From Nageia nagi (taxonomy: Eukaryota > Plantae > Pinophyta): a stretch of 64,000 bases of DNA. The notes beneath the pieces were generated by a model. That model was not told the origin of the DNA. It ran no database searches and was given only the letters and a program-made list of their open reading frames with translations. Of this stretch, positions 40,201-52,799 are shown piece after piece. Both the position numbers and the translations under genes were made by a program. Where the stretch lies: contig JBITNC010000001.1 of the NCBI GenBank assembly GCA_050084985.1, forward strand, positions 74,214,001 through 74,278,000, read 5' to 3'. Within the stretch, counting starts at the first letter, position 1; each line of letters begins with the position of its first letter.

Positions 40201-40433
40201 TGTGTAATTACTCTTTGTGGCTTTACATCCATCTTTTTTTTCTGTCTTGCATTCATTTTCATTTATATCATTTGATCATATTAGGAAAAATTTTACACAT
40301 ACATAGAACTTGAACATTCTTTATCATACATTATCAATATTATCACATACCCTTATCAAGTTTGCTCATCTAGGATTTGTATTCAATTTATGCTTGAGTA
40401 TCATACTTGCATAATAAGCATATCAATAATTTC

Positions 40434-42720
40434 TAGTATCCTTTAAATTGAGGACAAAAGAGGCTTACAACCTTGTTGAGTTGGGATTTTAGCCCACTTG
40501 GATTGTCATAAGATCCTAAAGACATGTGATTTAAAGCCTCCCATAACATATTATCTTTTCTTTTAGGTGTAGATAGCTTCTTACAACATTGAGCTTCAAA
40601 GGAAAAAATCATAATCTCCAATTAAATGTTATGTCTCTATCAATGGGTGTTGTTTTTCCAATTCTCATTTAATATGTAATCAGTGAACCATGCATTTCAT
40701 CCATACTAAAATAATTCAAATCTTTAGCTTCTATAGGTGAGATTTTAGAATCAAATGTAAGAGGTAGAGATCTCAATACATTTTTCATAATGATGAAATC
40801 CTTTATTATTTGACTATAAGTCTTCTAATTGCATTGATAACCTCATTGACTTGTAACATGTAAGCCTCTATGATCTCATCTTCATTCATCTTGGCTTCTC
40901 TAAATTGAGCTCAATGCATATGTAGCTTTGGTTCTTTAATCTTATCATCAAATTCATGAATGCTTTTCAACTTATCTCAAATTTCTTTCACTATCCTACA
41001 TCCCATCACTTTAACAAGTTTATTTTCTACCAATCTATATATGATTACATTCTTTTCTTTCAAATAATTCTTAAACAGATTCTCACTGGTAACATATCTT
41101 AGAGGATTAAAAAGCATTTAATATGCACTATTAACTGATCCCTAAATATTGTATCCCAAAGTAGAAAGATATGCTTGTATTTTGATTCTCTAAAATGCAT
41201 AATTAGTTCCATAAAACAATGGTACCTTGTTTGAAGAGAAACCTTCATCTATAGTTATTGTGTTACTTTTGGATCTCCCTAACTAATTGACTATGAATAG
41301 GAACTAGCTTTGATACTAATTATTGAACTACATATGACACTAAGAGGGGGGTTAATCAGTATAACTTAAAATTTTAACACAAATACAAAATAAAAAAGAA
41401 TAAGCAAACAAACATGCAAGCACCACAACATGAGATTTATAGTAAAAATCTAATATGGAAAAAATCACTTTGCTAAAGGAATTCTTGGAATCCGATTCAA
41501 ATTTAGTCACAAAATAAATTATTCTTACAATATTTTCATAACACCCACTGAAGGGAGTAGTGGTGACAAACCAAAATTTCTACAACATTGACTACAAGGA
41601 GCATTGATCCTTATTACCAAGCACCCACTCGACAAACTCATCAAGTTGTAGTAGAAAATATTTTTATTCTAAGGAGCACGAGATGTTTAGAATAAAATTT
41701 TCTTCTGTTCATCTTAACAATCACAACCACACTATTGTTCTCACAACACTTAATTTCTTGAATCATTGCTATTAAATTAATTTTTTATCCTTGCACAACC
41801 GCTTCTCATACTTAACTAAAAATAATAATAAAATAATATTCATTATATCCTTAATTATTCAAGAATGTATGCTCTATCAATATTCTCTTCAAAATAAATT
41901 GACACCCATTACATAAAAAATGCCCTATCTTTTTACTTTCTTAATCATAATCACACTACACACTTGTACTTCATACTTGTCTACAATGATGTAAAATAAA
42001 TGTTTATTATATATCCAAGAATATCTAACCTTTCCTTCACACTATAGGAATTTCTATTAAAAAAAAAGTATTACCTTCACTTTGAATAATGCTATCTTCA
42101 CCAAATGAATCTCTAGGTTCTTTTTGTAACAGCTCATTCATAATGAAAACTTTATTCTTCCATTATTTTCTTTCAAAATATATGTACATATTTCATTCAA
42201 AAATCACTCAAATCCTTAACTCTTTCTTTTTCTTTTATATCACAAGAAACTAGCATGTATAATAAAAAATGCAAACTAGCATCTAGAATGGCCCTATGCT
42301 AAGCAACCTCCAAAATGACCCTAAAAAAAATACCCTAAATGAAGGTCATTAAAAAAGGTAGGCACACATAAATTCATTAAAAAGGTATTTTTGAGGGTTA
42401 TTCAATGGAAAAATAATAAACTCAATTGGATGCATATATCAAAATTTATATCCTTTCAAAGATTAATATTATTTTATCTTTAATAATATTTGATTTTTAA
42501 CAATAATATTAATTCACCACTAATCTTACTTTCTCAAAAAACTCTACCATCATTGCAATTCAACATATCAAAACCATTGTTGGCCAATAACACCACCATA
42601 ATACTTCTAAGCATAAACTTAGGTAATTTACCTATAGAACAATCAAACACTTATGCAAATTTTATAGAGATATTTCGTCAAACACTTAGAAGATAAACTT
42701 TTGGCATACTACACATTCTC
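40434..42720 (-). mobile_element. 5' part of a SIRE/Maximus-like Copia element: LTR, PBS and gag
   Basis: Minus strand FSSNKVPLFYGTNYAF*RIKIQAYL gag start (~41245); PBS tagtatcaaagct at ~41306-41318; C-rich LTR-end motif taacccccctct at ~41343-41355. Distal LTR end uncertain. Confidence 0.7.
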
Positions 42721-45648
42721 ATACTTCAGAACTTGGATTGAGGTGGTCCAAAAATCAAATTTGCTCATCTTGGTAAGCTATAAGTTAATCAATCATCAAA
42801 TGATATGTCTGGTAACAAGATAGTGCAAATTTTAGTAGTCAAACATAAGTATACTAGGTTGCCTAAATTTGTAAAAAGTGATAAATTGGATTTTTGCAAC
42901 TCATGTCCTTTCTACTTTGTATCTTCATTTGAGCTAAAATTTCATCATAATTTAGAATATGTCTTGTAAAAGTTTTAAATACTAACTTCTTTTGAATTGT
43001 TTGATATGTTTCTTTCAAAATACCCTTTAATACTAATTTTGTAATTATCCAATAAAATACTAAATTACCTAATGATACATAGATAAGACAATTGATCATT
43101 CCAACATTACAAACACACTTATTATCATTCAAAAAACTTATCCAAGTTATCTCAAGCTATCCAATACAATCATTTGGTAGTTTTAGTGAATTTGACAATT
43201 TTGGCATTCTTGTTAATTTTTGTAACCTGGCATAAACTTGCACCTTCATCTGAGCATTAAACAAAAGCACACAAACATTTAATTTAATCAAGCATATGTT
43301 GATCATTTCCATTACAATGTGTTGATAACAATGAAAGCAAAATCGCTGCACCTTAATAGATTGCATCATCAATAATTTATCCTAACAAACAAAGCCATAA
43401 ATAGGTTTCTTAGACTTTATCACCAAGGACATAGGTTATACTCTAATTTTATCATCGAGATAGTCTTCCCATAGGTCATCAATTTGGTTATTTTTAAGTA
43501 ATGAAAGATGATGATTTCAATTAATGAAGGCTTGGATCACTATAATTCCAAGTGACGATATCAATGGGTAAAACTAGTAAGGGGTATTAAAAAATGATTT
43601 ATCTTTTTCAGTAAAATGGTATGGTTTTAAAAAAGGTTATTATTTATTATATAAGGGTTTACCATAAGGTGTCTAATAAATTAAAAGAGAATGTGGTAAA
43701 TTTTAAAAATAGGCAGGTTTTTAAAGAAGCACATGAACATACATGTTTTGAAGGCTTTCTATTAAGTGATCCCCTCATGCTTAAAGCCAACTTGTAGCTG
43801 CATTACAACATAATGGAACAAGAATTGTGATTCAAACCTAGAACCTCCCAAAGATAAGTCAACGCATTTAATCATCATGTTGTCCTAAGAACAACTATAT
43901 ATATATAATTTCATCATTTGTGAGTTTAATTTAAGAGAATATATAATAAGTAAATGGATGATTAACATGATAACAAAATGTAGAAATAAATACACTAATG
44001 CTTAAAATGAATGAGACGGGTCAAATGATTTATAAAACTAAAAAAAAATCAATTTTAAATTTCTCAACCTTAAAAATGTAACTCCTAGAATGTAAGGAAG
44101 GAAAAGATACCTAATAGATGAAAAAATTTACCAAACCCCCAAAAAAAAATTCAAAAGAAACTCCATCATCATCGATAGAAGATAGATTATAAAACATTAT
44201 TATTTAACCCTAATGAACACATAGAAAAAAGGAGAAAAATGCAAAGAGTATGGATACTTCGAGTCATATTTGTCTTGATAAAATAGCACACGTACTCCAA
44301 GTTCTGCAAAATGTTAATTATGAGATAATGCTAAAGCTTTTCGAAGACAAATGCATCCACATGGGAAGTGGCCTCGACTGGCACGCTTGCCGTGGAATCA
44401 TCATCTTCCGCATGGCCTTTCTATCCGGAATAAGTTTGTTCATGTCACAGTTGGGTTAACACCTTATTTTTGGAATCGAATTTTTTCAACAGTTTTCGAC
44501 AACAGAATCTGTAATTAGGCATGGTGCTGATTTAACTTGATTAGCAAGAATCAATTGGATCGAGTGGAAAACTCCTGTCATGCTCATCTACATCTTACAC
44601 GTCATAAAAAAATCATAACTTTATTTCCAACAAACAGCAAAACCAATCTTATTTGGGTAGCACCGGGGAGGTACCTCTACATAGGTTTTTTTACCAAAAA
44701 GACTGGCATAATCCAATCCAACAATGTCCAATCCATGATTCCAAGCTCAAAAAACAACACACAGAAAAAGATGGTTGAGGAGTTTGTTGGTACCACGTGA
44801 AATTCACTTTGAACTAGGCATCTATCTCAGCTCCAACGCATTCGATGCTTGTGCTGGATAAGACCCGTATTCATCTCCACTTGGATTTCGTTAGTGAAGA
44901 TTGCTTGAATTCAGTAAATCTGTCAAACCATGCAGGATTGGGCATAGAATAACCAATTTCATGATTAGGTGAAAATATAGGTGTTTTATCTTTGTACCAG
45001 CCAATCACCAGGGTGTTGTTTTTTGGGTGTGAATATAAAAATTTTCATCTGGGGCGCAGGCGCAACTTCTGAATTTGCTGTGCCATCCGTGGGCCCTCTA
45101 GTTCAACTTTTTTAAAGAGCACTAAATCGATGCAGTAGGCTTGAACCAGACCATCTTGTACTCAATCTTGTATTGTGTTATCTAATTCAAAAGCTGCATG
45201 GTTTCTTTGTCTCCATTATAAATATCCTCATGGTTATCTGGCCTCCTAATCGTGCTCCCAATTTGCTACTGTGGAATAGGGGATTTCCTGCAAACTGGGT
45301 TGTGAATGTTTAAGAGCCTGTTTAGCCAATTGGTAGAGATGGAAGAGATTACAGTCTAGTCCTTTTGCATTCAAGGCTATGTTGCTATATTGAGATTGTG
45401 GGTCACATTAAAGTTTTCACAAAGCTTGCTTTTTCTAAACAGGCAACAAAAGCAACTACCCAACCTCAATGATTTGTAAGGAATCCCAATAATGTGTGAA
45501 GGATGGCAGTGTACCCTTCAAACTTATTAAATCCTTGAAGCTATATTTAAAGACAGCATTGAAGGAAAAGTTTTGCGGATTCGCAAAACCATATTGGTAT
45601 GGTTATTGAATAGGCCAAATTTTGCAGTGCTTACATTTTTAGATAAGA

Positions 45649-47096
45649 ATGACTCCAAAGAGGTGCTTAATGGGTACCGCTAAATCAAACAAGACATTGT
45701 CACACATAGGAAATTTGATACAGAAAGTTGCTGCGTCTTGTCTGTTGCATCCTGTGCGCGGGACATCTCTAGACAGTCGTTCCAATGGCGTCTTTTCCTC
45801 GGACGATGAAGACGAGCTCGAAAGCATCGGATTCAAAGCAAGAGGCGACCACCACCAAAGCGACTCCATTGAAGTAGAGCCAGGTGATTACGAAAAGCTA
45901 ATGCAGAGACTCCATGGCATGGAAGCCCTTATTGCAGAGGTTTTCCACACGGTTACCAATCTCAAGAAAGCCTATATTCGTCTCCAAGTAGCACATAATC
46001 CCTATGATTCCGAGAAGCTTCACTTAGCCGACAGTGCGGTCGTTGCAGAGCTGCGGAGAATGTCTCAGCTCAAGCAATCTTATACAAAACTCAACGGTTT
46101 AAGCCGCTCCTTTTCCTGCACTGTCAATGGAAGTTTTCCAGAAATCGATGAGCAGAAAAAGATTTTCGAGGGGTACGAAGATGTGGTGAAGGATCTGAGA
46201 GATGTTGTCAAGGAAAAGAATACCCAGATCGAATTCCTGAAGAGAAATCTGCGAGAATCAAGTATAGAGAAGGAGAAATTAGAAAGACGACTGAAAAGAC
46301 TGGGGCATATAGATGCTAGAGTCCCAATGTCGGGAGTCTTCCCCGACTCTCCGACACCCGAGCTCTTCAAATCCATGGTGGACCATGTCAAGGAACATTC
46401 TCGAAGCTTCACGAAACTGTTGATTTCTCTGATGGGTGTAGCAAAATGGGACATCGACGCAGCCGCAGCATCCATTACACCAGGGGTAATCTACAGAAAA
46501 CCTTCCCACAAAAAAATGCATTCGAGTCCTATTTATACGAAAGAATGTTTCACGGATTCGAGAACGAATCCTTCTACATAAGTGGTAGCCTTTCGTCTCT
46601 CTTGGAGCCTGAAAACCATCGTCGGGAATGCTTCTCCCAGTTCCGCCACATGCTCTCCGTCGAGCCCATGGAGATTCTCAACATAACGCCTGACTGCCCC
46701 CTTGGCAAATTCTGCAACAAGAAGTACCTTCGGATCGTGCATCCCAAAATGGAGGAAGCTTTCTTCGGGAATTTCGAGCATAGGAGTCATGTAGTGAATG
46801 GAAAACATCCTACTTCGGAGTTCTATCAGACCTTCTTGGAGTTCGCCAAGGCTGTTTGGGTTCTGCACAAGCTGGCCTTCTCTTTCAGTCGTGTGCCCAA
46901 TTCTTTCAACGTTAAAATGAGTTCTATGTTTCTGCAGTCTTACATGGAAAGTGTGGTTTCCTTAGATGATTTAGAAGGAGTTCCATTGGTGGCCTTCGCC
47001 ATATCTCCTGGTTTTAAGCTTGTGGAGAATTTTATCGTCAAGCCCAGAGTATATGTCGTGGGCAAGCAAGGCGAGAATCAGGGAGACTATAATTAG
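45649..47096 (+). CDS. GIL1: GRAVITROPIC IN THE LIGHT 1-like / DUF641 (IRK-interacting family) protein, intronless, one frameshift at 46510-46516
   Basis: LIQKVAASCLLHP N-terminal motif; DUF641 core LKKAYIRLQVAHNPYD..ADSAVVAELRRMS; coiled coil; WDIDAAA; then in the next frame AFESY..FCNKKYLRIVHPKMEEAFFGN..FAKAVWVLHKLAFSF..YMESVV..PGFK. About 482 aa if one base is restored. Confidence 0.9.
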
Positions 47097-47728
47097 GCCT
47101 GTTATTCTAATGGTAGGGGTATGTATATAGTACAGTACAAGATGGATGCTAATTTATTGGAAACTGTAATCGGAAGCCATTTTCTTAATAAGATTCATGC
47201 CTCGATTCTAATTTTGAGATAGACCATTTAGTATATTGAGTGAAGTATCTGTTCTGTAAGTTTTCTATCCATATGGATACATCAGCAAAGAAGTCTTGTG
47301 TTTACTGGGGTAATGTCCAGTATGAAACTCCTGGATTAGTATTGTCTGGTGCAACTAGTAATGTTCTTCCATATACATAAATGGTGATGATTACATCTGA
47401 TTTTGCATTAAAAACTTGTTCAAAAGTTTTAATAATTGTTAAAATAAAACTATTAATAATATTTTTGTATACCATTTATTAGTTAGTTATAATATCATAT
47501 AATTTGTAATAAGTAACTAGAAGTATACGTTGGTCAAATGGTTTGTAAGTTGTAGAATTACATGTACCTACCATACTGATGTATAAATTATTATATACGA
47601 GTAACATTTCATTTTCTCCCTTTTATTATGTTATAAGAGCAAGTTAATCTTAAGTATGTTAATATAAAGGTAGCATCAGTCCTGTGTTTATTAATATTTG
47701 TGAATATTTGGACCATGTTGTTAATATT

Positions 47729-47751
47729 AATATATATATATATATATATAT
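47729..47751. repeat. (AT)n microsatellite
   Basis: AT run. Confidence 0.9.
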
Positions 47752-48020
47752 TTTGGTAATAATGAATTATTGATATTATAATATAATATACTATATGGAT
47801 AGAATTTTGTATGTTTATATAAAAGATATTTATACTACATATTGTACATATCTAGTGAATCGTCATGAAAGTATTTCTATTGATATACTTTTTAGGATTG
47901 AACAACTTTGCATATTTTTGTGCATTTTTTTAGTGTATTTTTTTAGCTTCAGTTATGGCTTTGAGTAATTGTCATGATTCTCAATTATTTGGCAACACTT
48001 ACATAATTTTAGATGGTATC

Positions 48021-50299
48021 GAATTAGACTCTTAATGACTCGCACCACGAGCCACCTTGTCCCAACTTTTCCATCGAGCATGAGAAGTTCTATAAGCGAG
48101 AGGAGGATGAAAAAAGGTACTTGCTTACTATGATTTTAGAGGGTGGAGAGGGACTAGATTATAGAAAACCAGTGTTAAGCCTCCAACAAGTTACACTGCC
48201 AGATCGAGAAGGAATGAAGTAAGCAAGATTCAAAGTTGTGTAGATGGGGGAAGATTTGGTAAAAGTTGTGCCTTCCTCCCCATATGAGGTTAAGAACAAA
48301 CTTTTAGCTTGGAACATCATTTTTGAGGGAGGATTGGAGAATTTTATTAATGCATGCAAAGGGCATGATGACTAGATTTCTTTGAAGATAGCAAGGTCTT
48401 AAGAGAAAGGTAGATGCAAGGTGAATGGTAACAAGGAAATGTTCAACCCTGAATCAATAGCACATGCTATCATGCTCCCAAATGAAGGCTTACATATTAG
48501 AAGAGAAGGGAAATTGAACAAATTAGAGGCTTGAAATAAATTTCTTTTGAAAATGCTAAAATCAAAAGACTTGGAGAAATATCAGACAAGGGTTGTCAGA
48601 GAATCAATTCCCAAACCATGGGATGGTGTTGCTTCAATTCTAATCAAATACATAACGCAAGAGGGGAGATACAAAATCCTTCTTGCCTCACATTTCTTCT
48701 TTGTTGAATCACTTCATCTTCTTGGAGATAGATAAGGTAAATTTTCCTTTTTTCATCTTTAATTCTCTTGCAATTTTGGTTGAAAAATTCAAATAAGAAT
48801 GAGCTCATATGCCTCTGCATAGAGCTATTATCAAACTAGTAATGAAAATATCTTTCACTATGGCCCTAAGAAAATTTCCTAGGGTAAAATTACTAGTTGA
48901 TGGCAAGATCTTCAAACCTGTAAGAAGAAAAAAGGACAAGTTTCAAATAAGGGTAGAGTACTAGGCAACAACAGTCAAGAAGATAAACTAAAGAAGCAAG
49001 TCTCCAATAGAAGCCCATATCTAATGAAACAACATAAAAAAGATCTCACAAGCTCTAAGGAGAAGGTGATTGAGAAGGAGGCCTTTATTCCCTCTCCCCC
49101 TAATTGATGATAATTGTAGATTTATCACAAAGTGAGCCTTAGGTGGAAGCTAAAGTGGTTGATACACTCATGACAATAGGTCCTAAATGGAGGGCAAAAG
49201 GAGTAGTGCTAAGAATAAAAAAAAGGTGGAGATTATAGCCATAAAGTAGAGAAAGGTCTTGTGCAAGCACAAGGGCCAAGTAAACGTTAGAGTTAAAGAT
49301 GAGAAACATAAGGAAGTGGGGTTAAACAAGAAGAAAACTAATTTTGGAGATCGATCTATCAAGTGTTGAAGTTTTAGCAAAAGTAGGTAACAAATTAGAA
49401 GTAGAGCCAGAAGTAGAAACATATGACAACTCTTAGGAGCACCAGATACCAACTCTTAAGGATATGGTGTGTGTTGTACCCTCTAGAGAAGAGAAGAGAT
49501 AGTCTAGCCCATTGAATAGTGAACCTTAGGAGTGCCTAGTGGATATTAATCATCAAATAGTGCTCCTCTATGCATAAGGAGAATGTAGTATATCTTTGGC
49601 AATCAAAAGTAGAGAGTAGGTTTCAAGAGAATGCAACAGTTTCATTAGATGTGCGTGAAAGTTAGAAGGCTTAGGAAAGGATATTTGGGAAGGTAGCCAA
49701 CGAGTGGAAATGGGAATAAATCTAGTCAATATAGGGGGCACTAGAAATTTAATGAAGTTTAGAGGTTAAGAGACCTTTATTCTTCAATAACTGAGAAATC
49801 CATGCAAGAAGGAGGGACTTTAAAGAAAAATGTAGCAGATTTTCTAGAAATTCAAATAGTAAATCTAGAAGATCAAACTCCCCCTATATAATTCAAGATT
49901 ATAAATATTGATGAGAAGTTCAAGAGAAGGAATCAAGACTTATCGATAACTCAGGAAAAGATGGATACCATAGATAACCCCGACCAAGTATCCAATTTAG
50001 CCAAAAGGTAAAGCAGTTAAGGAAATAGAATGAGACCTGCTAGAAATATCAAGTAAGTGGATTTCAAAAAGCTTACAATCCTATGCTTCATAAGGAGATG
50101 CTTAAAGAGGCCAAGCTCAAAAGGGGAGCAAAAAGTATGAAGTTTGAAGAGGTTTGGAAGCATTCAGGTATCAAAGAGATTATGCTCTAGAAGACCTTTG
50201 TAAGATTTTGCAAATTCCACTATGAAGATATGATTTAGAAACTTTTGAAGATTTTAGGTTGTCAACTACATGGTTTCCCTTGCTTACTAGGCTTATAGA

Positions 50300-50363
<64 letters not shown>

Positions 50364-50623
50364 ATAGTTGTAAATGTAAGTTTTCTAAAAAGATAGGCCT
50401 ACTAGAAAACCCTATTTTCATAGCTTTTGTCACTTTGAAAATGCTTGTTCTCATAGTTATAGCAAGTTTAAAGAAATGATTGGTATGTTAGTAATTTGAT
50501 CTAGTTAGAAGATTGCAACATAAAGAAAATTGTTAGAAATGATCTTTTTTGGTAAAGTTTGGTGAAGACCCTTATAAACTTCATCTTTTTTTATTAATAC
50601 AAAATTTACCTATTAATAAAAAA
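48021..50623 (+). mobile_element. Degenerate retro-derived insertion with an A-rich 3' tail
   Basis: Decayed ORF (RESIPKPWDGVASILIKYITQEGRY). Ends taatacaaaatttacctattaataaaaaa. Flanked by similar tt(t/c)agatggta(t/c)c at ~48008-48020 and ~50626-50638. Confidence 0.45.
50302..50366. repeat. (AT)n microsatellite
   Basis: AT run with one interruption. Confidence 0.97.
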
Positions 50624-51189
50624 CATTCAGATGGTACCAAAGCTATTGGAGATTCCATCAAAAATTGATTGAAGGAATTAGGATTTTCTACAAATATTTG
50701 AAAAAATTTCATAATTTTGAGAATATAAAATATCCACTAGGTAAATTCCATAAAAGAGATTAAAGAAAAAATACTTTAGTGTTGTGGTCCAAATTTCATA
50801 AAATGAAATATGATATATTATCAAAATAAGTTTTTTGGAAACTTTAATTTTTAATCATTCATAAGAAAGTTTTAGAAATTATCTTCATTTATGAAATAGT
50901 TATGAAAAACTAGCTAAGATCATTGTTATTTTTTTGAATGAAAATGATCTTTCTATTAATATAAAATCTCTTTCATATAAAAAAAGAGGAGGGTGAAATT
51001 AAGCACACCCCATGAGAAAGCACAACATATAAACAAAAACTAATCCCCTTCAAACTACCTAGGTTAGGAAAAAGGGCTATAAACAACAATACAAAAGATC
51101 GTTAGTAAATCAACATCGAAAAATTGTCCACAAAAAATAGGTAATGGTAGTAGGAGAGAAACATGACTTATAATCATAGTCGCATTAAA

Positions 51190-51480
51190 CAACAACTTAA
51201 TTTCATCTTTTTATGGTTACTCCCTATTCTTGGGTTCATGTGTTATTAGAATACCTTATTCAATTTTTTGGACCCTTGGGAAAAATTTGGTATATTTTTT
51301 GGCTTAGTATTTTATATCATATTTGGAAAGTCAGGAATGATATTATTTTTGTACATTAGGAAGCTTCCTCTTCATTTTTTTAGCTAAAAAATACATTATT
51401 TTCTATGATTGTTGGCTACAGATTATTATTCAAGTTGAGAAAGTGAACATGGAAGTACAACATTTGCAAAACTTACTTGA
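51190..51480 (+). mobile_element. L1 LINE ORF2 C-terminal fragment
   Basis: WLSILYHIWKVRNDIIF (~51300-51350) matches the IW..RN..IF motif of plant L1. Confidence 0.65.
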
Positions 51481-52799
51481 TTATTGGGGGAATGCACCCT
51501 GCTCCATCAATCAGATTCCTTTGGAATAAGTTCTTGGTTGTCGCTTCTAGTCACATCGACATTCTTCTCAATTCAAATGCTTCTCTAGTGAATAGAATTC
51601 TATTGGACCCTCATAAAGCCATCACTAGTCACAACTCTCCCCACAAATCTAAAGAGAAGTCAACCATTGGACTCGATTTTTCCTCACCCTTGGAGTGGTT
51701 GGATGTCCACCCTCCACTTCTGATCTAGTTGGTTGGGGTGATATAGGCATGTCTTTGATGACCTAGAATGGTGGTGTTAATATGCATGTTACTAAAGCAG
51801 AGAATAGTTTTCCTGAACTAGAGCATAATAACGCTTTTAATGCTCCAGATGATGATGATTGATGTGCACCAAATCCTACTAGCCAGGGTTGGAAGATCAT
51901 TATTTTTTACTTTTAAAAATTTCACTATTTTATTCTCTAAATATACAATAAGTAATATGATTCAAGTATATCTTAAAATTTGAAAATTCCAACTCTGACT
52001 AATAGCCTAGATATTCATGCCAAAAATTATTGAATTGTTCAACAGTAATAAAGTAAGAATTTTCAGAGGCTATACAAATGTAGGGTAAGTACTAGGACTA
52101 CCTATTTGGTTCAGCCACACCTCATTTATGCGAGAGGTTATAAGTTTGATCTATGCTAACTCCCGATAGTGATGTTTAATGGTAGTTGTTGCATAATACT
52201 TGCAAACTATACAACTAATATTTATATAAAATAGTTATTGAACAAAAGTAAATAATTGTAAATACCTAATTAACAACTTTAATTAGATCAAGTCATTAAA
52301 TTATTGCAAATACCTTATTAAGAATTTCAATTAGATCAAATCAATTAGAGCAAGTTTTTGACAATAGGAGCAGGTCAGGTGGGAAAACAAACCACGGATA
52401 TAACTTTCCTCTTCCTTTACCATGATTGATTTATCTCTTCACACTATTCACCTAAACTTCTCAATTCTCAAACACTTAACATTCATTTTATTTCAAAGAA
52501 TCTCACATGCTTATGGTATTCACAAGAACTTTTCACAAAACTTTTATTTTTCTTTTAGATTTTTGCTTGATACTAGAAAATATGGAAGGATTTAGAAAAT
52601 AAAATTTTTCATTAGAATAAAAAAATATAAATACATAAATAATAGTTTTAATAATTATTCATTCTTTGTAACAATTCATTAAGTAATCTGACCTATACTA
52701 CCTAGTTTTAATAATTATGAAGCTTAATTTTCAACATACAACAACCACAAATTGAACAAGCCAACAACCTTGAAACCTTCCAATGAAGATTAAATCTGG

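Larger units (their letters stand above)
24330..40430 (+). mobile_element. Large degenerate Tat/Ogre-type Gypsy element: pol, long 3' region and start of 3' LTR
   Basis: Protease-like (LYIT..RGLVENGLTINVI, ORF 25268); G-patch-like GYGLGKFKQG (~26360); RT (PKDDFPFPNI, ~27290); RNase H (~27900-28300); second RNase H (CTNNNVEYEEMLLG, ~28530); integrase (YFTKWVKVEP, ORF 28824) to ~29610; PPT-like aaaaagagg at ~39545 before an LTR-like segment. 5' boundary unclear. Confidence 0.8.

Noticed and set aside
42720-43500. Minus-strand ORFs 42863..43132 and 43157..43372
   Set aside because: No recognisable motif; CpG-depleted and probably TE debris.
43820-43885. tRNA gene on the minus strand (ggtttgaatc B-box-like)
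   Set aside because: No cloverleaf; at most a decayed SINE-like head.
45639-46868. Antisense ORFs over the GIL1-like gene, and the N-terminus of ORF 46446
   Set aside because: Shadow frames of the real coding sequence.
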